Positions 1 to 8,672 of a stretch of DNA of 64,000 bases are shown piece after piece. Position 1 is the stretch's first letter, and each line of letters begins with the position of its first letter. The notes under the pieces were generated by a model that saw only the letters and a program-made list of their open reading frames with translations, made no database searches and was not told the origin of the DNA. The DNA is from Anaerolineales bacterium (GTDB lineage Bacteria; Chloroflexota; Anaerolineae; Anaerolineales; UBA6663): contig DAOUAB010000059.1 of NCBI GenBank assembly GCA_034434015.1, positions 26,971 through 90,970 of the forward strand, written 5' to 3'. A program made the translations under genes and the position numbers.

Positions 1-50
1 AGGAACACGAAGGAACACGAAGGGACACGAAGGAACACGAAGGAACACGA
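1..50. repeat. Tandem decamer repeat (AGGAACACGA)x5, one variant copy; may extend beyond the window edge
   Basis: aggaacacga aggaacacga agggacacga aggaacacga aggaacacga read directly. Confidence 0.9.
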
Positions 51-66
51 AGAGTGAGCCGAGAAC

Positions 67-90
67 GAAAACTCCCGGTTGCCCCGGGAG
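67..90 (-). terminator. Probable intrinsic terminator of the M42 peptidase operon
   Basis: ctcccgg/ccgggag stem with an A-run on + (U-tract on -), just past the stop at 133. Confidence 0.6.
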
Positions 91-132
91 CTATATGGCT
101 GAAGCGGTTTTCAGGCGCAGACGGCGGCGGCC

Positions 133-1134
133 CTATATCTCAATCGGTTTCTTAAGCGTCTCCAGCAGAAGGCTCACCACGCCCTCCACATCCGTCAGGT
201 CCACCATCTCCGACGGCGTGTGCAGGTAGCGGGTGGGGATGGAGACGCAGCCGGCCGGCATGCCGCCGCGCGCGATCTGCATAGCGGCGGCGTCGGTGGT
301 GCCGGCCTCCAGAATCTCGAGCTGGTACGCCAGGCCGGCCTCGCGCGCGCGCTGGACCAGCAAGTCTTTGACGCGCGGGTCGGCCAGCATGCCGGAATCG
401 CGCACCTTGATGGCCGGGCCGCCGCCCAGGCCCACCGCCATCTTCAGGCCGTTGGGCGTGTCGCCGGTGCGGGTGACGTCCACCGCCAGGCCGAGGTCGG
501 CCTCTACGCCGAAGGCCGCCGTGCCGGCGCCGCGCAGGCCGACCTCCTCCTGCACGCTGAAGACGAAGGCCACCTCGTGCGGCGTGCTCTTGAGTGCGCG
601 CATGACCTCGATCAGGATCGCGACGCCGATCCGGTCGTCCAGGCTCTTGGCCACCAGGCGGTGCTCGCCGACCTCCTCCATGGGCCGGAAAAAGCCGGCC
701 ACGTCGCCGACCTTCACCGGGCAATCGGCCTTGCTGGCTGCGCCGAAATCGATGAACAACTCGGACAGCGTCGGGGGCCGGGACGGGTCCTCGCGCCGGG
801 CGTCCATGCCGATGACGCCGGTGACGCCGCTGGCGAAACGCACGCGGCCGCCGAGGCAGGTCAGCGGGCTGACGCCGCCCAGGTTGGTGAAGCGCGCGAA
901 CCCCCCGTCGTCGATGTGCGAGACGATCACGCCGATCTCATCCAGGTGGGCGGAGAGCATCACCTTGCGCCCGGATTTGGATTTCTTCTTGATCACGGCG
1001 ATCAGGTTGCCCAGCGGATCGACCGAGATGTAATCGGGCAGGTTGCGGATCTCCGCGCGCACCAGCTCGCGCACCTGGCCCTCATGGCCGGACGGGCCGT
1101 AGGCTTCGGCGAGTTTCTTGATGAGAGGCTTCAT
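133..1134 (-). CDS. M42 family aminopeptidase (TET/FrvX-like), paralog 1
   Basis: Motifs SAHLDEIG, LDDRIG, VQEEVGLRGA, AVDVT, YLHTPSE. Confidence 0.9.
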   Translation of the reverse strand: MKPLIKKLAEAYGPSGHEGQVRELVRAEIRNLPDYISVDPLGNLIAVIKKKSKSGRKVMLSAHLDEIGVIVSHIDDGGFARFTNLGGVSPLTCLGGRVRFASGVTGVIGMDARREDPSRPPTLSELFIDFGAASKADCPVKVGDVAGFFRPMEEVGEHRLVAKSLDDRIGVAILIEVMRALKSTPHEVAFVFSVQEEVGLRGAGTAAFGVEADLGLAVDVTRTGDTPNGLKMAVGLGGGPAIKVRDSGMLADPRVKDLLVQRAREAGLAYQLEILEAGTTDAAAMQIARGGMPAGCVSIPTRYLHTPSEMVDLTDVEGVVSLLLETLKKPIEI

Positions 1135-1215
1135 GTCGCTTCGCTCCAGTGCTCAAGGCACAAATTCCAAGGCCCAAGGCTCCCTGGCGTATTGCGCCCT
1201 GCGCCTTTGGCGTTC

Positions 1216-1824
1216 TCACGGCGCCAGCCGCGTGATGGTCCAGCTCTCGCCGGCGCGCCGGTACAGCAGCCGGTCGTGCAGGCGCTGCGGGCGCTCCTGC
1301 CAGAACTCCACCTCGTCCGGCACCAGCCGGTAGCCGCCCCAGTAGGCGGGGCGGGGCACCGCTTGGCCCGCGTACTTGGCCTGGAGCTGCAGGAAGCGCG
1401 CCTCCAGCTCGGCGCGGTCGGCGAGCGGCCGGCTCTGCGGCGAGGCCCAGGCGCTCAACTGAGCGTCCAGCGGGCGGGAATGGAAATAGGCGTCGGATTC
1501 GGCGGCGCTGACGCGCTCCACGCGTCCGGCCGCGCGCACCTGGCGCGCGAGCGCGGGCCACAGGAAGACCAGCGCCGCGCGCGGGTTCTCGTCCAGCTCG
1601 CGCGCCTTGCGGCTTTCGTAGTTGGTGAAGAACACAAAGCCGCGCGCGTCGAACTCTTTCATCAACACCACGCGGGCCGACGGCGCGCCGTCCCGGGCCG
1701 CGGTCGCCAGCGTCATGGCGTTGGGTTCGTCCAGGCCGGCGGCCACGGCGTCCGTGAACCAGCGCGCGAACTGCGTGATGGGGTCGGCGCTGACGACGGT
1801 TTCGGACAGTTCTGGCTGAGACAT
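1216..1824 (-). CDS. pdxH: Pyridoxamine 5'-phosphate oxidase
   Basis: PNAMTLAT, ARVVLMK, FFTNYESRKA, YFHSRP, WGGYRLVP-EFWQ-RLHDR. Confidence 0.95.
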   Translation of the reverse strand: MSQPELSETVVSADPITQFARWFTDAVAAGLDEPNAMTLATAARDGAPSARVVLMKEFDARGFVFFTNYESRKARELDENPRAALVFLWPALARQVRAAGRVERVSAAESDAYFHSRPLDAQLSAWASPQSRPLADRAELEARFLQLQAKYAGQAVPRPAYWGGYRLVPDEVEFWQERPQRLHDRLLYRRAGESWTITRLAP

Positions 1825-1865
1825 GCGTCAACGAGCCGGCGCCCCGAGGCCGCGGCGCCGCGGCG

Positions 1866-3035
1866 TCAGCCCTTCCACACCCTGGCGCTCCAGCCCTCCA
1901 GCGCGCGTTGCAGCAGCGCCGCCGTCGCCCGCCAGTCGCTGAGCCGGGCGACGGCCGCCGGGCCGTGCAGATAGCGGCCGGGGACGGAGACGGAGACGCT
2001 GGGCACGCCGGCGCGCGCGCGGTGGATGGCGCCGGCGTCGGTGCCGCCGCCGCCCGGCTGGCGGAACTGGTAAGGCAGGCCGGCGGCCTCGGCCGTGCGC
2101 TGCAAATGCTGGATCAGGCGCTGATCGGAGAGGGTCGCCCGGTCGGCCAGATAGATGGCCGGCCCCAGGCCCAGCCGGGTGTTGTACTCCACGTTCTCGC
2201 GCTCGGCGAAGGAAGGCGGCAGGTCGTAAGCGGGCGTGCAATCCAGCGCGAAGGCGGCGGCCGGGTCAATGGCGTACGCCGCGACCCGGGCGCCGCGCAG
2301 ACCGACCTCCTCCTGGACCGTGAACGCGGCGTGCAGCTCGCACGGGTACGGGCCGCCGCGCAGCAATTCCACCAGCGTCGCGCAGCCCAGCCGGTCGTCG
2401 AGGGCCTTGCCGACCAGGGAGCCGGCGAAACCGCCGCCCGCGCCGACGACGGTCAGCTCGGACGCGAAGGTGCCGCGTTCGCCGACCTTGACCAGCTTCT
2501 TGGCGGCCTCAGCCGTCTCGGCGCCCACGTCGATGCGCAGCGCATTCGCCTTGACCACGCTGTTCCGCCGCTCGTGGTTGAGCAGATGGACCGGCGCCGC
2601 GCCGATCACGCCCGGCACCCGGTTGGGGCCGACGACCACGGGCTTGCCGATCAGGAGGCGGTCGTCCACCCCGCCGACCACCTCGAAGCGTAGCGTGCCG
2701 TCGGACTCGTGCCCGCTGACCATGAAGCCGATCTCGTCCATGTGCGCGGCCACCATCACCCGGTCGTGACGGCCGCCGTTGCGGGCGGCGGCTTTCTTTA
2801 CGGCCAGGACGTTCCCCAGGGCGTCCACCTTCACCGCCTCGACGTGCGGGCGGATGGCCTCCAGGATCAGCCTGCGCACGGCGCCCTCGTCGCCTGAGAC
2901 GGCCACGGCGTCGGCGAGTTTTTTGAGGAACTCGACCTCCGGCGCGGCGGCTGCGGCGGCGCCGCCCGGGGCCGCTTTGGGCTGGGCCGGCGGGCGGGCT
3001 TTGGCGGGAGCCGGTTGGGCGGGTTTCTTGGCCAT
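1866..3035 (-). CDS. M42 family aminopeptidase, paralog 2 (start trimmed to MAKKPAQ at 3035)
   Basis: AAHMDEIGF, LDDRLG, VQEEVGLRGA, GGGTDAG, YLHGP; start abuts the upstream stop at 3037. Confidence 0.9.
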   Translation of the reverse strand: MAKKPAQPAPAKARPPAQPKAAPGGAAAAAAPEVEFLKKLADAVAVSGDEGAVRRLILEAIRPHVEAVKVDALGNVLAVKKAAARNGGRHDRVMVAAHMDEIGFMVSGHESDGTLRFEVVGGVDDRLLIGKPVVVGPNRVPGVIGAAPVHLLNHERRNSVVKANALRIDVGAETAEAAKKLVKVGERGTFASELTVVGAGGGFAGSLVGKALDDRLGCATLVELLRGGPYPCELHAAFTVQEEVGLRGARVAAYAIDPAAAFALDCTPAYDLPPSFAERENVEYNTRLGLGPAIYLADRATLSDQRLIQHLQRTAEAAGLPYQFRQPGGGGTDAGAIHRARAGVPSVSVSVPGRYLHGPAAVARLSDWRATAALLQRALEGWSARVWKG

Positions 3036-3036
3036 A

Positions 3037-4095
3037 TCAGTCCAGGACCAGGGTGCTGACGTAATCCGGCGCCAGGCCGCTGATGAACTCCGCCAGCAGG
3101 CGCCCGGCGCGCTGGACATCCTTGACGGCGACGATCTCGACCGGGGTGTGCATGTTGCGCAACGGCAGGCTGACGACCATCGTCGGCACGCCCTCGCGCG
3201 CCACCTGCACGCCGAACGCGTCGGTTCCGGAGTGCAGGGCCATGGCCTCCACACTGTGCGGCATCTCCAGGCGTTCGGCCGCGGCCTTCAAGCCGGCGTG
3301 CAATTTCGGGTGGATGTTGGGGCCGAGGCCCAGCGTCGGACCGCCGCCCAGGCTGTACGTGCGGTCGGCGAACTCCTTGGTCGCGGCGCCCGCGCCGTAG
3401 GTCGCGTCGATGGCGATGGCGAGCTGCGGCTCCAGGGCGAAGGCGGCGGCGATCGCGCCGCGCAGGCCGACCTCCTCCTGCACGGTCGCCACCGCGATCA
3501 CGTCCCAGGCGTGCGGCCGGGTCTGCAGATCGTCCAGGCAGGCGGTGACGGCGGCCACCGAGGCGCGGTTGTCCAGCCGGTTGGCGACCAGCAGGCCGCC
3601 CGGCAGCTCGCGCGGCGGCTGGGCCACCGAGATGACGTCGCCGACGCGCACCTGCGCGGCCACCTGATCCGCCGGCAGGCCCAGGTCAACCAGCAGTTCC
3701 TCCACCGGCACCACGCCCTCGCGGCTCGCGCGCGGCAGCAGGAAGGCCGGCGGCTGCGCCACCACGCCCGGCAGGTCGGCGCGGCCGTGGACGGTGACCG
3801 GCTGGCCGGGCATCACGCGCGCGTCGATGCCGCCGATGGCCGCGACGCGCAGGAACTCGCCCTCGATCTGCGTCACCATCAGGCCGATGGCGTCCATGTG
3901 GGCGGCGAGCATGAGCCGGGGCCGAGGCGCGGGCCCGGTCCCGCGTCGGACGGCCCATAACGAGCCGAGCCGGTCGACGTGGAGCTCGTGGGTCAGCGGC
4001 GCCCAGGCGGCGCGAATCAGGTCGCGGACGCGGCCTTCATAGCCGGAGACGCCCGGCGCCGCGCACAGGTCTTTAAGATGGGCCAGGAGGTCCAT
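3037..4095 (-). CDS. M42 family aminopeptidase, paralog 3
   Basis: AAHMDAIG, LDNRAS, VQEEVGLRGA, SGTDA, NMHTPVE. Confidence 0.9.
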   Translation of the reverse strand: MDLLAHLKDLCAAPGVSGYEGRVRDLIRAAWAPLTHELHVDRLGSLWAVRRGTGPAPRPRLMLAAHMDAIGLMVTQIEGEFLRVAAIGGIDARVMPGQPVTVHGRADLPGVVAQPPAFLLPRASREGVVPVEELLVDLGLPADQVAAQVRVGDVISVAQPPRELPGGLLVANRLDNRASVAAVTACLDDLQTRPHAWDVIAVATVQEEVGLRGAIAAAFALEPQLAIAIDATYGAGAATKEFADRTYSLGGGPTLGLGPNIHPKLHAGLKAAAERLEMPHSVEAMALHSGTDAFGVQVAREGVPTMVVSLPLRNMHTPVEIVAVKDVQRAGRLLAEFISGLAPDYVSTLVLD

Positions 4096-4101
4096 AAGGG
4101 C

Positions 4102-4662
4102 TTAAGGCGAGCCAGTTGGGGTGAGAGTTGGCGTGGGCGTGTCCGCCGGCGCGGTGTTGGTCGGCGTGGGCGTGTCCGCCGGCGCGGTGTTGGTCGGCGT
4201 CGGCGTCTCAGTCGGCGGGAGCGTGGCGGTCGGCGTCGCGGTCAACAGGGTCGCCGTGATGGACGGCGACGGCGATGGCGTGATGGTGCCGGTCGGGGTC
4301 GGCGTCCAGGTATACGTGGGCGTGGGCGTGTTGGTCGCGGTGTTGGTGGGCGTGCGGCTGGGCGGGACAAACTGCGTCGGCGTCGCCTGGAGCGTGGGGG
4401 TGGGCGCGCCGGGCGTGCTCACCGTCGCTGGGAGGGTCGGCGTCGCCGATGGCGGGAGCGTGATGGTGGCGACCGGGGTCAGGAGCGGGTTGCCGGTGAC
4501 GGTGGCGAGCAGCGTGGCGGTGGGTCCGGGACCGCCGGGCGCACGGTCCGGCGCCAGGGCCAGGGCCAGGATTCCCAGGCAGTAGAACGGGAGGGTGAAC
4601 AGAATGATGCCGATGAGGATTCGGTACGTCCGCTGACGGACGCTGTCTGCGCCTGGCTCCAT
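4102..4662 (-). CDS. Single-pass membrane protein with a Thr/Pro-rich extracellular tail (start trimmed to MEPGADS)
   Basis: Hydrophobic segment ILIGIILFTLPFYCLGILALAL followed by TPT repeats; 33-bp tandem duplication at 4130-4195. Confidence 0.7.
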   Translation of the reverse strand: MEPGADSVRQRTYRILIGIILFTLPFYCLGILALALAPDRAPGGPGPTATLLATVTGNPLLTPVATITLPPSATPTLPATVSTPGAPTPTLQATPTQFVPPSRTPTNTATNTPTPTYTWTPTPTGTITPSPSPSITATLLTATPTATLPPTETPTPTNTAPADTPTPTNTAPADTPTPTLTPTGSP

Positions 4663-4845
4663 CTTGGCCTTTATCTGGCAGTCTGAGGGGACACCGCGCC
4701 GATGATAGCAGAGAGGATTGAAAATCACAAACGCGGTCGGGATCGGGGTACAGCCACCGTGGGGGGTCAGTTTCCGGCGCCCCGATCCTTCCGCCATCTC
4801 GACGAAGCCGAGCCGCTCAGGGTGCAGGCCGAAAGGCGTATTGTT

Positions 4846-6423
4846 TTATGTGAACGAATATGGGGTGAGGATGCGGACCTCGGTGATGCGGTCCACCGGC
4901 AGGCTGTTGCGCATGGCGGCGCGGCGCACGGCCCCCGGCGAGGACGCATCACAGATGCAATAAGCGCGGCACCGGTCGGCGGAGACGTACGTGTGCAACC
5001 AGATCACACCGTCGAGCGCGTCGTCGCCGAGGAGGGGCGACGCCGTGGACGCGCTGGCGCCGTGGGTCGGCGAGCTCAACGGTTCTGCCAGGGTCTGCTC
5101 GACATGCTCAATCTTGAGCGCCAGCGCCAGGGCGCGTTCCAGGAATTCCAGGCCGCGCGCGTGATCGAGATACAGCCAGCACAGCCCGGCGATTTCGTAC
5201 AGGCGCGGCAATTCGCCGTCTTCTTCAAAGTGCCGGGCCAGGGCCAGGCCCTTCTCGGCCATCGCCACGCCGCCGGCGTTGTCGTTGCGGCCGAGTCTCA
5301 GCCAGGCCTCCATGTTGTAGGCGAAGATCAGCTCGCGATTGGGCGTGAGCGGCTCCAGCACCGCCAGCGCGGCCTGGTTGGCGCGCTCGGCTTCGTCCTT
5401 CTGGCTGGTGACTTGCAGCAGCATCGAGAGCGCGCTCAGGGCGCGGAGGCGCGTCAGATCGGCGCGGGCGGCGGGCGAGCGCCGCAGGGCGACGAGCGTC
5501 AGGCGGTGCAGCGCCAGGCGCTGGGTGGGCGGCATGGTCTCGAGGATCGTCTGCCGCGCCAGTTCGTGCCGGAACGACAGCGCCTCGCCGTGCGCGGCCA
5601 GCATGCCCAGGCTCAAACACTCCTCGGCGGCGTAGGCCTCGGCGCTGGTGACCGCGGCCAGCAGCGCCGGCTCGATGCGCGGGCCGATGACGGCGGCGGC
5701 CCGCAGCACCGCCTGCCCCGAGAGCGAGAGACGCGCGGCGCGCGCCAGCACTGCCTCCCGCACCGTGGGCGGAAGGCCGCCGCCGGCGGCGATGGCTTCG
5801 GTGACAAAGAAGGGGTTGCCGCCCGTCTGCTGATGCAGGCTCTCCGCCTCCAGGCGGCGCTCCCCGAGCAGGGTGCGCACGGCGCCGACGGAGAGCGGCG
5901 TAAGGGGCAGGCGGACGACGACGTTCGAGGCGGCCAGATCGACGAGCAGCGCGCGCAGGGGATGGCGAACGCCGAGCTCATCGTCTCGATAGGTGAGCAC
6001 GACGAGCGCCGGCGCGCCGGCAACGCGGCGGCTGAGGTACTTCAGCAGGTCGAGCGTGGCTTCGTCGGCCCAGTGCACATCCTCGACGATGACCAGGCTG
6101 GGGCGCTGGCGCAACTCGGCCAGGAAGACGGCAAAAAGCGCAGCCGGTGGCCCGCCGGCGCTGAGGCGCGCCGGCCACTCGCCCTTGAGCTGGGCCGCCA
6201 TGTCGTGCAGCGGGCCGAGCGGGCGAGGGGTGAAGAGGGCGTCGCACGCGCCCCACAGCACCCGGACCTGATGGCGCTGGTCATGCGTGAACTGCTCGAC
6301 GAGGGCCGTCTTGCCGATGCCGGCCTCCCCGCTGACGAGCACGACACGGCCGCGGCCCGCCAGGGCCCCGTGCAGCGCGGCTTCGAGTTCGGCGAGGGGC
6401 GGTTCGCGTTCCAGAAGAGGCAT
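4846..6423 (-). CDS. AAA-ATPase (MalT/LuxR-type STAND-like) with partial TPR region, fused to a C-terminal DUF4242-like domain; probably a deletion chimera
   Basis: MPLLERE..LVSGEAGIGKT (Walker A), IVEDVHWADEATLDLL; C-terminal GVIWLHTYVS..CICDASSPGAVRRAA..LPVDRITEV; no LuxR HTH. Confidence 0.7.
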   Translation of the reverse strand: MPLLEREPPLAELEAALHGALAGRGRVVLVSGEAGIGKTALVEQFTHDQRHQVRVLWGACDALFTPRPLGPLHDMAAQLKGEWPARLSAGGPPAALFAVFLAELRQRPSLVIVEDVHWADEATLDLLKYLSRRVAGAPALVVLTYRDDELGVRHPLRALLVDLAASNVVVRLPLTPLSVGAVRTLLGERRLEAESLHQQTGGNPFFVTEAIAAGGGLPPTVREAVLARAARLSLSGQAVLRAAAVIGPRIEPALLAAVTSAEAYAAEECLSLGMLAAHGEALSFRHELARQTILETMPPTQRLALHRLTLVALRRSPAARADLTRLRALSALSMLLQVTSQKDEAERANQAALAVLEPLTPNRELIFAYNMEAWLRLGRNDNAGGVAMAEKGLALARHFEEDGELPRLYEIAGLCWLYLDHARGLEFLERALALALKIEHVEQTLAEPLSSPTHGASASTASPLLGDDALDGVIWLHTYVSADRCRAYCICDASSPGAVRRAAMRNSLPVDRITEVRILTPYSFT

Positions 6424-6482
6424 CAGGCGCAGCTGAAGAAAGCCGGTCGCGGTTGCCGGACCGGGCCATTGTATCAAAGTAC

Positions 6483-6509
6483 AAAACGAGCCGGTCATTG
6501 ACCGGCTCG
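6483..6509 (-). terminator. Hairpin terminator downstream of the duplicated OB-fold gene 3' end
   Basis: cgagccggtc-att-gaccggctcg perfect 10-bp stem with aaaa on +. Confidence 0.6.
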
Positions 6510-6531
6510 CCTGTTTGCCTGGGTCGCGTGC

Positions 6532-6573
6532 TCAGTGGGTGGTCAAAAAAGACCTGAATTTGTAGCTGTACAC
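6532..6573 (-). repeat. 42-bp remnant copy of the 3' end of the DUF35/OB-fold gene (direct repeat of 11684..11725)
   Basis: 37/42 identity by manual alignment; translates VYSYKFRSFLTTH* versus VYGYKFRPVLTTN*. Confidence 0.85.
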
Positions 6574-6581
6574 ATGATTTC

Positions 6582-6659
6582 GAACCTGTCTCTAAACCTC
6601 AGCAGAGGCGTCGCCGACGGCACTGCCGTCGGCTATCGGGCGGGTTTAGAGATAAGCTC
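6582..6659. mobile_element. MITE-like element, copy 1 (imperfect TIRs, central GC hairpin)
   Basis: TIRs gaacctgtctctaaacc / gagcttatctctaaacc (14/17); core gccgacggc-act-gccgtcggc; 6607..6656 identical to the reverse complement of 59402..59451. Confidence 0.7.
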
Positions 6660-6754
6660 TTAACGAATTTCGCCAGGCGCGGGGGGCGCGGTGACGAGCG
6701 CAAGTGGTCCGAGCCTGAATGCCGCGACTGTCCTCAGTCGGGCCCTTCGCGCGT

Positions 6755-7582
6755 CTACTCCCACTTGAACTTCCAGGCGGCCAGCGCGCTGAAGCCCACG
6801 GTGTAGGCCGCCAGACCCAGCATCGGCCACCACGGCTCGGCGGGCAGTGACCCATTCGCCAGCAACGGGCTGATGAGGGTGTTCAGCATCGCCGTCGGCA
6901 GGTACGGGCTGATCGTTTGCAGGAACGGCGGCAGGATGTGGGGCGGGAAGCCGCCGCCGAGGAAGAACATCGGCAACAGCGTGAACATGAACGCCGCGCT
7001 GGCGACATCAGGTTTGCTCGCCAGACAGGCGAGGAACAGGCCCAGAGCTATAAAGGCCAGCACCCCAAACACCAGCACAAGCATCGCCGTCACCGCGCCC
7101 GGGCCGTTCACGCCGATCCCCAACGCCAGCCAGCCGAACAGCAGCACGATGGCCGCCTGCGCCGCGCTCACCAGGGCCTGCGCCAACCCGAGCCCGATGA
7201 CCAGGTGGCCGAGCGGGGTGGGCGTAACGGCCAGACGCTGGAACACGCCCTGCGCCCGCCAGTTGACGATGCGCATGGCCGCTGTCTGCCCGCCCAGCAT
7301 CACGGTGAGGCCGACAATGGCCGGGAAGATGAAGGCGACCAGGTCCATATCGCCCGGCTCCTCCGGGCGGCCCACCACCCAGAATAGCACCAGCATGAAC
7401 AGCGGCGTGAGCAGGGTAATGGCGAAAGTGCGCAGATCATTCAGGCTGGCGCGGATCAGGGCCGAGGCGAATTGAATGATCGGACGGAGAGCGGTTCGAG
7501 CAGGGGGGATAGAAATCAGGGTGTTCATGGTTTGCCTGGGAGGTTGCGGACGGCGACGCTTGTGGGGCGGCGCGGCGTTCAC
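6755..7582 (-). CDS. ABC-2 type exporter permease (alternative start 7528)
   Basis: About six TM segments, FPAIVGLTVM, LPMFFLGGGF, ISPYLPT; GTGA overlap with the ATPase stop. Confidence 0.85.
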   Translation of the reverse strand: MNAAPPHKRRRPQPPRQTMNTLISIPPARTALRPIIQFASALIRASLNDLRTFAITLLTPLFMLVLFWVVGRPEEPGDMDLVAFIFPAIVGLTVMLGGQTAAMRIVNWRAQGVFQRLAVTPTPLGHLVIGLGLAQALVSAAQAAIVLLFGWLALGIGVNGPGAVTAMLVLVFGVLAFIALGLFLACLASKPDVASAAFMFTLLPMFFLGGGFPPHILPPFLQTISPYLPTAMLNTLISPLLANGSLPAEPWWPMLGLAAYTVGFSALAAWKFKWE

Positions 7583-8346
7583 GCCTCGCGCAACGCGCGG
7601 CCCGTCAACTGCAAGAAAACTTCCTCAAGATTGAGCGCGCGCCCGTGGGGCGCCGCCGATGGGGCCGCAATGCGGCCCAGCAGGGCCGCGGGCGTATCCA
7701 AGGCGATCAACCGGCCGCCATCCAGGATGCCGACACGGTGACACAACGCCTCGGCTTCTTCGAGGTAATGGGTGGTCAGGATGACGGTGCGCGCCTCCGC
7801 GCCCAGCCCGCGCACCAGATCCCATAGATTGCGCCGCGCCTGCGGGTCGAGGCCGGCGGTCGGCTCATCGAGAAAGACGATCTCCGGATCGTTGACCAGC
7901 GCCAGCGCCAGCGCCAGGCGCTGCTGCTGGCCGCCGCTCAGCCTGGCAGGCAGAGCGTTCGCCTTTTCGGCCAGCGAGACGCGCTCCAGCAATGCCAGGG
8001 CGCTGGCGCGGTTGATCTGACGGCCATACAGATGCGCGAACAGTTCGATCTGCTGAAGCGCCGTCAGGTCAGGCAACAGGCTCGTCCGCTGCAGCTGCAC
8101 GCCGATGCGGCGCTTGACGGCCTGCGCGTGCGCGGCGAGGTCCTGTCCCAGCACGGTGACGCGGCCCGCGTCGGCCCGGCGCAGACCCTGCAAGAGGCCG
8201 AGCGTGGTCGTCTTGCCCGCGCCGTTTGGCCCCAGCAGGCCGAAGATCTCGCCGCGATACACGCTGAAGGAGAGATCGTCCACCGCGCGCACATCGCCGT
8301 AGGCCTTGTGGAGGTGTTCGACGTGAATGGCGATGGAGGCGTTCAT
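7579..8346 (-). CDS. ABC exporter ATP-binding protein (DrrA/CcmA-like)
   Basis: [38 protein letters not shown]. Confidence 0.95.
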   Translation of the reverse strand: MNASIAIHVEHLHKAYGDVRAVDDLSFSVYRGEIFGLLGPNGAGKTTTLGLLQGLRRADAGRVTVLGQDLAAHAQAVKRRIGVQLQRTSLLPDLTALQQIELFAHLYGRQINRASALALLERVSLAEKANALPARLSGGQQQRLALALALVNDPEIVFLDEPTAGLDPQARRNLWDLVRGLGAEARTVILTTHYLEEAEALCHRVGILDGGRLIALDTPAALLGRIAAPSAAPHGRALNLEEVFLQLTGRALREA

Positions 8347-8522
8347 TGGGCCTTATCCTTCGGATCGCGAGCGTTGGACGCCAGCGCCAGCGCGATGGCC
8401 GCGCCCAATCCCACGCCCGGCGCGAGGCCCTCCGGCCCAAAGCTCGCGCCCAGCGCCACGCCGACGCCGATCCCCAGAGCCAGCCACATTCCAACGTTGT
8501 TTGAGCGTCGTCTTTGGTTCAT
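8343..8522 (-). CDS. 59-aa Gly-rich two-helix membrane peptide (below the ORF-track cutoff)
   Basis: Manual translation MNQRRRSNNVGMWLALGIGVGVALGASFGPEGLAPGVGLGAAIALALASNARDPKDKAQ*; AGGAG RBS; ATGA overlap with the ATPase start. Confidence 0.8.
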   Translation of the reverse strand: MNQRRRSNNVGMWLALGIGVGVALGASFGPEGLAPGVGLGAAIALALASNARDPKDKAQ

Positions 8523-8644
8523 AGTATTTGCTCCTGTTGGCTGACACGTTACGCCAGAGTGCGCCGCCGCTCCAGTATCTGGCGAGATAGATCGGGGTAA
8601 ACAAAAAGGCCAACGGGAGGGTTGGCCGGGGGGTGGACAGGCGA

Positions 8645-8662
8645 CTATGACTTTCGGTATAG
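8645..8662. promoter_or_regulatory. Imperfect palindrome, candidate response-regulator box upstream of the ABC operon
   Basis: ctatgac-tttc-ggtatag; similar box at 11253..11270. Confidence 0.5.
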
Positions 8663-8672
8663 GGTGTGGCGC

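Noticed and set aside
4740-4790. Riboswitch in the ggatcggg/cccgatcc hairpin upstream of the Thr-rich gene
   Set aside because: No recognisable aptamer consensus; a single stem is insufficient evidence.
6586-6593. Tn5 mosaic end / library adapter (CTGTCTCT)
   Set aside because: The match stops after 8 nt and continues as the element's own TIR, which is mirrored at the other end.
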